Positions 1 to 5,842 of a DNA stretch of 6,028 nt are shown in pieces. The stretch spans positions 1 to 6,028 of the forward strand of contig NW_021829496.1 of assembly GCF_006345805.1 (NCBI RefSeq). The letters run 5' to 3'. The position numbers and the translations under genes were made by a program. The notes beneath the pieces are model-generated. The model had not been told where the DNA came from. It did no database searches and saw nothing but the letters and a program-made list of their open reading frames with translations. How positions within the stretch are numbered: the first letter of the stretch is position 1; each line of letters opens with the position of its first letter. The stretch is from Octopus sinensis (lineage: Eukaryota).

Positions 1-83
1 AAGGGAATCTAGCACCCCCCTCAGCTCAAAATCGCGATACACAGATATTGTTTTGAGCTGAGTGGAGTTTTCTAGATTCCCTT
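1..83. other. Imperfect ~83-nt inverted repeat / hairpin (may extend 5' of the window)
   Basis: AAGGGAATCTAG (1-12) is the exact reverse complement of CTAGATTCCCTT (72-83). CTCAGCTCAAAA (20-31) is the exact reverse complement of TTTTGAGCTGAG (51-62). There is partial pairing between the two stems and in the loop (CGATA 35-39 / TATTG 46-50). Confidence 0.85.
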
Positions 84-1024
84 GTTCGAAAATAAGACAC
101 AGATCGTGTCGTATAGCCAGCTGGAGACGATGTCTCCTGGGGCTTAATTACAGCAACATGAACCCTAAACAAGAACTGCCATGTTATGTTGGCAAACAAT
201 CTTTACTACAATTATACAATATCTTTTAAAATTACACCTGATGTATCAACTGTACAGTTTAAATGTTCACCCACAGAGAAACACAAACTATGTTGAAATG
301 GCATCTAATGTAAAAACTTTTACATGTTAAAAAGAGCTAAACTTGTCTCAAATTATTCACTCCATCGACTACAAGGAGAAATACATTAAAAATACATCAT
401 TAGATACTCCTAAGTAGATGGAGAATTGCTTCTACGCCTAAATAGATGAAGGATCAAGTCAGAATTGCGTTTGATTCTGTGTTTGTTCGGTCGAGGTTAG
501 CAAGAGACAGATAACAACCCCAAAATGTAAAATAATGTATTTTATCGTTCAGGACATGCTAACCCTGATTAACACGTCTTGCTTCCTTGAAATTGGTCAG
601 AATAAAAGGGTGATATGGTTATACTTCGAATAAAGTAAACACCATCATTTACCTCCAACAGCCGTAACAAAGATGTGTTTCGACCACCCACTCCAGAAAT
701 CTCTGTCCACCTCTGGTAAGGCTCACCGAAGCTAATAGGCGTCATAAGTTTCTGGCATGAGCTGGTATGAAGTGGTGTCGAGAAACAGGTGTTGTTTGAA
801 GGGGACGAAGGCGATCTATAATTTCCTCGGATTTACTAAATCTTCATGTTTCGACGCTGACCAAATTTCGTCCAGCTTAGTCTAAGATCGGAAATATTGC
901 AATAAATATATGCTGTCTTTGAAAATCGATGGTATTGAATGCAATTTGAGGAGGATTAACAGAACTAATATTACTCTTAAAAAGAGGGATAACTATTAAT
1001 TCTTAACCAATGCGATGCATAGAT

Positions 1025-1061
1025 TGTGTGTATATGTATATTATATATACATGTATGTAGG

Positions 1062-1100
<39 letters not shown>
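1025..1100. repeat. AT-rich microsatellite ending in a pure (TA)17 run
   Basis: Degenerate TG/TA tract from ~1025; uninterrupted TA alternation 1066-1100. Confidence 0.95.
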
Positions 1101-1102
<2 letters not shown>

Positions 1103-1103
<1 letters not shown>

Positions 1104-1227
1104 TGTGTGTGTGCGCGCACGTATGTGTGTGTGCGCGCACGTATGTGTGTGTGCGCGCACGTATGTGTGTGTGCGCGCACGTATGTGTGTGTGCGCGCAC
1201 GTATGTGTGTGTGCGCGCACGTATGTG
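1103..1227. repeat. Perfect 20-bp minisatellite, 6 copies plus a partial (ATGTGTGTGTGCGCGCACGT)
   Basis: Identical units start at 1103, 1123, 1143, 1163, 1183 and 1203. Each contains the 10-bp palindrome GTGCGCGCAC. Confidence 0.98.
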
Positions 1228-1640
1228 CGTGTGTGTGTGATTCCTTGTATATACATATATATTTGCACATATATATATCTATATGTGTATATATATGTGT
1301 GTATTAGAAGAAATGAGGTACTCAGAAATTCGGATGGTTTTATAGTCACAGATATTTATTTGCATATTAGATGTTTTTATACATCATATAACTTGTGCAT
1401 ATATGTATATGTTTATAAATATATATACATACATATATGTATATATGTATGTATGTGTGTGTATATGTATATATGTATATATGTATGTATATACATATGA
1501 ATATATATTAACATATATTCGTATAACAGCACACAGACACACACACGCTCTAACACACGCACATATATATGTATATGTGTGTGTCTGTATGTATGCATGC
1601 ATGTATGTATGTACGCATATGTGTATGTATGAAGCCCGTG
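1228..1640. repeat. Degenerate compound microsatellite (TG/TA/TATG/CA) with a short unique island at ~1303-1350
   Basis: Interleaved runs of TA, TG, TATG and CA; source of the Y/I/V/C/M-rich pseudo-ORFs. Confidence 0.9.
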
Positions 1641-1888
1641 TATGTATTTGCCTTGAAGCGAACAAAAATATAGTATGTGAACACTGACAGGTGCAATAAT
1701 ATAAAGACACAGAACGCTTCATTTAATCAATAAAATTTGTGAAACCGGAAAGGATTCAACTCTAACAACAGAACAGACATAACGTGTAAACGCCTCCACA
1801 AAATCTAGCATTTCTCTTTTATCTAGCATATGTCAATGATATACGCGCGCACAGAGACATGCACACGCACAAACTCATACGTATATGC

Positions 1889-1913
1889 ATATATATATAT
1901 ATATATATATATA
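1889..1913. repeat. (AT)12 microsatellite
   Basis: Pure AT alternation 1889-1913. Confidence 0.95.
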
Positions 1914-2235
1914 ATAGAAATATGTTACAAAAAGAAAATAGAAACTACACGTGGAAATGAATGTAAGGGGAAAGTAAGAAAAAAAATAAGCGAAAACGCA
2001 TATTGGAAATCAAAAAGATAAGGGTTTTTTTTATGAAAAGTATCGGTAGATATATATACACTTGTATGAGCTGAGGTAGGAATAAATGTAATAAAAGTTA
2101 TTATTGTGAATTGTTAAAGAGATTCAAAAGCATACCGGTTTCGTAAAATCACTAATCATTGCTTTGAATGCACACCGATTACTGAACGGTGGCAGGTCTC
2201 CTAGTCCCCAAGTAAAAAGATTATGTGTAATAGAG

Positions 2236-2364
2236 GTAAGTAGTTCTGGATTTGGTGCAATTAGGGTAGATATAGATCTGAAATGTGAATGGACGGTATT
2301 TGAGGATACATTTAATTTTAGTCATTATTTTATTTGACTAATTTTTATTGAACTTCTCTTTCAG
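2236..2364 (+). other. Candidate 129-nt GT-AG spliceosomal intron immediately upstream of the transposase start codon
   Basis: Consensus donor GAG|GTAAGT (GT at 2236), branch motif CTAAT (2338-2342, A at 2341), pyrimidine tract CTTCTCTTTCAG ending at 2364, and ATG 9 nt downstream at 2374. Confidence 0.5.
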
Positions 2365-2373
2365 AACATAACA

Positions 2374-2737
2374 ATGACAGGCCCTATGCTTACTAATGAA
2401 ATGGGAAGGCAAGCTGTGACTTTGTGACTTTGAAGGCTAGGCATGAGGATTTAGAAATTTCTCGTTTTCTGAAAGGAGCAAGATCTTTTATCCACAACAT
2501 TCGATGTGAGTTAGAGAAAGAAGATGGAAGCGTATTACCTGTATCAAAACGTTAAAAAACATCCTAAACGCCCTGATTCTATCAGGACACCTGAATTTAT
2601 TCAGGAAGTTAAGCAAAACATTGAAGACAATCCAAGAAAATTAATGAGGTCAATTGCAAAAAACTTTCGTGTCAGAAAAGACAATTATAAATGTTATGCA
2701 TGGAGACATCAGATAGAAATCTTACGTGATAAAGAAA
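2374..2737 (+). pseudogene. DD37D (maT-type) Tc1/mariner transposase, N-terminal DNA-binding half, disrupted
   Basis: Across three frameshifts (~2420, ~2552, ~2674) it reads MTGPMLTNEMGRQAV..LKARHEDLEISRFLKGARSFIHNIRCELEKEDGSVLPVSKR/KKHPKRPDSIRTPEFIQEVKQNIEDNPRKLMRSIAKNFRV/EKTIINVMHGDIR*KSYVIKK. This gives two HTH-like segments and a basic linker typical of Tc1/mariner transposases. The supplied ORF 2524..2916 covers only the middle piece. Confidence 0.85.
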
Positions 2738-2754
2738 GATCGGTTAATATAGGG

Positions 2755-3233
2755 CGTAACAAATATCAGAAAATCAAAAAAAAAATGTGTGTAATAGGTG
2801 TAAAACAACTTCCTATGAACGAATATGAAAAAAAAAAATTCGCGCACGCGAAAGGGGGGTGGGGGAGGCCTCGGAAAATTCACATCGGGAAGTTCCGAAA
2901 GCGTCTGAGGAGCTGACCCGGGCATCAAAACAAAAAAAATAGTGTAATGTGTAAAAACACTTGCTCTAAACGAATATGACAAAAAAAAATGCGCTCTCTC
3001 GCGAAAGAGGGGTGGGGAGAGGCCTCGGATATTTATATCGGGAATTTCCGAAAGCGTCTGAACCGGGCACAAAAACAAAAACAAAAACAGCGTAATAGGT
3101 GTAAAACAACTTGCTCTAAACGACTATCATGAAAAAAATGCGCGCTCGCGAAAGGGGGGTGGGGAGAGGCTCGGAAATTTCACATCTTCAGTCCACGGCC
3201 TTTAAACTAAGAAAAAATAGTGTAATTGGTGTA
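2755..3233. repeat. ~150-bp tandem repeat (two full units, one truncated unit and a fragment) inserted in the transposase
   Basis: Anchor GTAAT(AG)GTGTAAAA at 2791, 2944, 3092 and fragment GTAATTGGTGTAA at 3222. Anchor GCGAAAG at 2848, 3001, 3148. TTCCGAAAGCGTCTGA and CCGGGCA occur in units 1 and 2. Units differ by substitutions and many homopolymer-length indels. Confidence 0.92.
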
Positions 3234-3236
3234 ATA

Positions 3237-3783
3237 GAAGATGATGTGTTTTGTTTTTTCTCAGATGACAAATATTTTGACCAGATGAAATGACAGATGG
3301 TTATGTGCAGACCCTCTGAGGTTCCAGAAGTAATGCACAGAAAACCTCGTGCAAGTGTCATGGTTTTAGCTGTCGTTAGCAATGAATGACATGTTATGCC
3401 TCCTCAATTTTGTCCACCTTAGGGTGAATGCTGCCGCGTATATTGAGGTTCTAGATAAAGTTGCTAAGCATTGGATCAATAATGTATGCAATGGAAGGCC
3501 TTATGTCTTTCATCATGATTGTGCCCCGTGACACAAGGCTCAAATGAAACAAGAATGAATAGCCTAGAATTTGCATGATCACATTTCCCAACATTTGGCC
3601 TCCTAATTCTCCAGATCTCAATCCACTGGACCACTATGTATGGCGTATCGCTGAAAAAATGTCAATGAACGTCTCCGTAGCACCAAACGTTCTTTGAAAG
3701 CGGCCATAGTCTGATTCATGTCCAATATGAACAAGGGCCACTTAATCCGAGCTTGTAAACGATTTCGACCCCGCATAGAGGCA
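3237..3783 (+). pseudogene. DD37D (maT-type) transposase, catalytic half, with multiple stops and frameshifts
   Basis: Reads FFSDDKYFDQ..NDRWLCAD.EVPEVMHRKPRASVMVLAVVSNE*HVMPP..LRVNAAAYIEVLDKVAKHWINNVCNGRPYVFHHDCAP*HKAQMKQE*IA*NLHDHIS.NIWPPNSPDLNPLDHYVWRIAEK..SLKAAIV*FMSNMNKGHLIRACKRFRPRIEA. D1 is at 3264, D2 at 3517 and D3 at 3629. The 109 nt between D2 and D3 equal 37 codons less a 2-bp deletion, giving DD37D. Confidence 0.93.
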
Positions 3784-3864
3784 GGGATCAACAAAAGAAG
3801 CACTCCCTCCAGCAAGAGATAAGTACTATTTAATATACACCATTACAAAACGGGTCCTAACAGA

Positions 3865-3969
3865 TTCATGCTTTATAGATACAATAAAATGGCAGATTTA
3901 TACGACACGTTTGGCGATTTATGGCAATTTATATACACCTGCCAATTTATTGTATCTATAAAGCATGAA
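3865..3969. mobile_element. 105-bp foldback, MITE-like element with 31-bp inverted arms
   Basis: TTCATGCTTTATAGATACAATAAAATGGCAG (3865-3895) matches the reverse complement of 3939-3969 at 30/31 nt, with a 43-bp spacer. No TSD was found, so the MITE call is inferred while the palindrome is directly seen. Confidence 0.65.
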
Positions 3970-4009
3970 ACTACTGGTAGCTATTGTATATTAAAAGATA
4001 AATATTTAA

Positions 4010-4081
4010 GTGTGTGTGTGAGTGTGTGAGTGTGTATTTGTGTGTCTGTGTGTCTCTGTGTGGGAGTTAGCGTGTGTGTGC
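4010..4081. repeat. Degenerate (TG)n microsatellite
   Basis: TG runs interrupted by GA, TC and TA. Confidence 0.9.
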
Positions 4082-4484
4082 TTCTGAAATGTGTTTCCAC
4101 CACTTTGTTTTTATGTAAAAACAAAAATAAAAATACTTTTACCAAATATTTCCTCTCCTGTTTTAAGTGAAATTTTGGAAAAACTGAAAAAAGAGCAATT
4201 TGATTTATAGCCATTTCAAATATGTATACACTTCCATATATAATATCTGCAGATCTCTGTATGGGTGTATACACTTGCATGTATACATATGTGGGTGTGG
4301 GAGAGAAAGACAAAAATAAACATCTACCCCCATATATATACCCTCATATGTTGGTTGTGCATTATGAATAAAAGTGGGAAATGTCTTCCCTAAACAATTC
4401 GGTTTTAACGCCGTCTTTTGTTTCACGTGACGCCTTTGGAAAAATAAAAAAATATTATTTGATTTATTGCTGGTTTTAATATAA

Positions 4485-4675
4485 ATATGTATATATACAT
4501 GTGTGTGTATGTATGTATGTATATACATATATATATATATGTATATATGTATATATATATATGTGTGTATGTATGTATGTATATACATATATATATATAT
4601 ATATGTATGTATGTATATATATATATGTGTGTATGTATGTATGTATATACATATATATATATATATGTATATATG

Positions 4676-4709
<34 letters not shown>

Positions 4710-5050
4710 CACAAACACACACTCACGCACACGCATAGACATCCACCCACATTGATGCATATCCACATATACACATATATAACGAAGCATTGGCGCAATA
4801 TATATACACACACACACGTGTATGTATGCATATGGACAGACAGATAGAGAGCTAGATAGATTGATATATAGATACATAGACCGATATATCTATACATATA
4901 TATATATATATATATAACTGTATATACGTATATATAAACACACACGCGCGCGCTCAAATGTGTGTACACACACAATTATCTACAACATAAATGTATATTT
5001 GTGTGTATGCTTGTATGAATGCATATGTGTGTGTGTGTGTGTGTGTGTGT
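4485..5050. repeat. Large compound microsatellite block including a ~60-64-bp higher-order triplication and a terminal (TG)12
   Basis: Unbroken purine-pyrimidine alternation 4485-4713. GTGTGTATGTATGTATGTATATACATATATATAT recurs at 4503, 4563 and 4627. There are further TA/CA/GATA-like runs and a pure TG run at 5026-5050. Confidence 0.95.
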
Positions 5051-5077
5051 AAATATAAGTATTTCGTTGCGAATGGT

Positions 5078-5317
5078 TTTGTTAAGAAGTGTCGAGTATT
5101 ACAATTCTGTAAATAATAACAATGGTATTTTTTTATAAGCTTAAATTTTATAGCCATCACCGTTGCAAATGACCAAGGAAAGTAGTCTAATAATGGGGCA
5201 AATGAGCCCTCGACAGAAAAACGTAGGCTTTCCCGGTGATCGCTATAAGCTTTAAGCTTATAAAAAATACCATTATTATTATTTGCAGAATTGTAAAACA
5301 CGATACTGCTTAACAAA
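5078..5317. mobile_element. 240-bp foldback / MITE-like element with ~85-bp inverted arms
   Basis: 5078-5162 aligns to the reverse complement of 5234-5317 with 75 of 85 positions identical (9 mismatches, 1 gap), around a 71-bp spacer. The arms may extend to CGAAT 5070-5074 / ATTCG 5320-5324. No clear TSD. Confidence 0.7.
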
Positions 5318-5458
5318 TAATTCGACTTATTTTAGAACATGGTTGAGTCCATAAAATAAGATTTTACTACACTTCCATTTAGAGCACATTTTACGCTATC
5401 ATTTCGTGGAAGAAGGTTTATGTCCCCATAACCTGTGTTAATTCTGTAACCCTTTAAA

Positions 5459-5769
5459 ATGGAAGATAAGAAAGTTCATTTTCGGCACTTGATGCTTTGG
5501 GAACCAGACAAAAATTGCTGTAGCTCGTCTGGAATGTGTTACCCTACTCTCCATATTCACCTGATATTGCTCCTTCGAACTTCCACTTATTCAGGTATCT
5601 GCAGAATAGTCTTAATGGTAAAAATTTTAATTCCTTGGATGACCTAAAAAGATACGTTGATGAATTCTTTGCCATGAAACCACCTCAATTCTGGGAAGAG
5701 GGTATTTTCACGTTAAAAGAAATATGGAGACGCATTGTGCCACAAAATGGTTCATATTTGGTTGATTAA
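5459..5769 (+). pseudogene. Mariner DD34D transposase remnant: first ~15 codons joined to the last ~88 codons
   Basis: MEDKKVHFRHLMLWE (5459-5503) jumps out of frame to TRQKLL*LVWNVLPYSPYSPDIAPSNFHLFRYLQNSLNGKNFNSLDDLKRYVDEFFAMKPPQFWEEGIFTLKEIWRRIVPQNGSYLVD*. This carries the mariner YSPDLAPSD motif with the third catalytic D read as N (AAC 5578-5580). Confidence 0.92.
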
Positions 5770-5812
5770 AAACGTAATGGCAAGTATTTATTAACCTTTT
5801 TCTTTCCTTTAA

Positions 5813-5842
5813 AAATCGGCACGAACTTTCCTGACAACCCAA
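5813..5842 (-). repeat. 30-bp mariner-type terminal inverted repeat (right end)
   Basis: The reverse complement TTGGGTTGTCAGGAAAGTTCGTGCCGATTT resembles the Hsmar1-type TIR (TTAGGTTGGTGCAAAAGTAATTGCGGTTTT). It lies 43 nt after the stop codon and is followed by TA. Confidence 0.82.

Larger units (their letters stand above)
2374..3783 (+). mobile_element. Decayed DD37D/maT DNA transposon copy; TIRs not identifiable and true ends uncertain
   Basis: Collinear N- and C-terminal transposase fragments on one strand. Recognisable homology stops at ~3783, before the expected C-terminal end, and no matching terminal inverted repeat pair was found. Confidence 0.85.

Noticed and set aside
308-325. Short palindrome ATGTAAAA-AC-TTTTACAT
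   Set aside because: 8-bp AT-rich arms are common by chance at this composition.
670-895. Hammerhead ribozyme on the minus strand (GTCGAAAC seen twice, plus a small stem at ~855-886)
   Set aside because: No CUGANGA core upstream of either GAAA.
150-1000. Decayed coding sequence (fragments such as SFIYLGV, IAFVPFKQ, VDRDFW, CFYA*IDE and a 59-codon minus-strand ORF ending near 571)
   Set aside because: The motif-like words recall RT or hAT proteins but are in the wrong order, spacing or frames, and stops are frequent. A TBLASTX/HMM search against TE proteins would be decisive.
1803-1829. Direct repeat ATCTAGCAT at 1803 and 1821
   Set aside because: Only 9 bp separate the copies, so there is no room for an element and it is not a credible TSD pair; probably a local duplication or chance.
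1003-2021. Eight ORFs rich in Y/I/V/C/M/H/T (e.g. 1015..1500, 1384..1722, 1830..2021)
   Set aside because: They are translations of TA/TG/CA microsatellites, which lack stop codons in most frames; not protein-like.
2416-2431. GTGACTTT x2 as an 8-bp excision footprint of a hAT/P element
   Set aside because: A 2-bp insertion into a pre-existing near-repeat gives the same frameshift, and the family consensus is needed to discriminate; not supportable.
2854-2868. G-quadruplex in the G-rich box of the repeat units
   Set aside because: Only two long G-runs plus GG per unit; this does not give four separated G3 tracts, so it is marginal at best.
2524-2916. 130-aa ORF as an intact gene
   Set aside because: Only KKHPKRP...NFRV is true transposase frame. 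The start is out of frame and the tail reads through a frameshift into the tandem repeat.
1103-3233. CRISPR-like interpretation of the 20-bp and 150-bp repeats
   Set aside because: Repeats are head-to-tail without unique spacers, there are no cas genes, and the context is eukaryotic.
2722-3815. Minus-strand ORFs 2722..3084, 3188..3382 and 3618..3815
   Set aside because: Antisense shadows of the tandem repeat and the transposase pseudogene; no independent coding signal.
4423-4430. E-box/CLEAR-like palindrome TCACGTGA
   Set aside because: A single 8-mer with no promoter context is plausible by chance.
3981-5316. ORFs 3981..4313, 4205..4975, 4423..4722, 4476..4877, 4487..4738, 4501..4755, 4503..4847, 4954..5316
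   Set aside because: They overlap in several frames on both strands because of dinucleotide repeats and the AT-rich foldback; no recognisable domain.
5050-5334. Extension of the large foldback to TA...TA ends (5050-5051 / 5333-5334) implying a Tc1/mariner-type TSD
   Set aside because: It requires a 9-bp insertion and another indel in very AT-rich sequence, and the right-hand bases may belong to the mariner 5' region.
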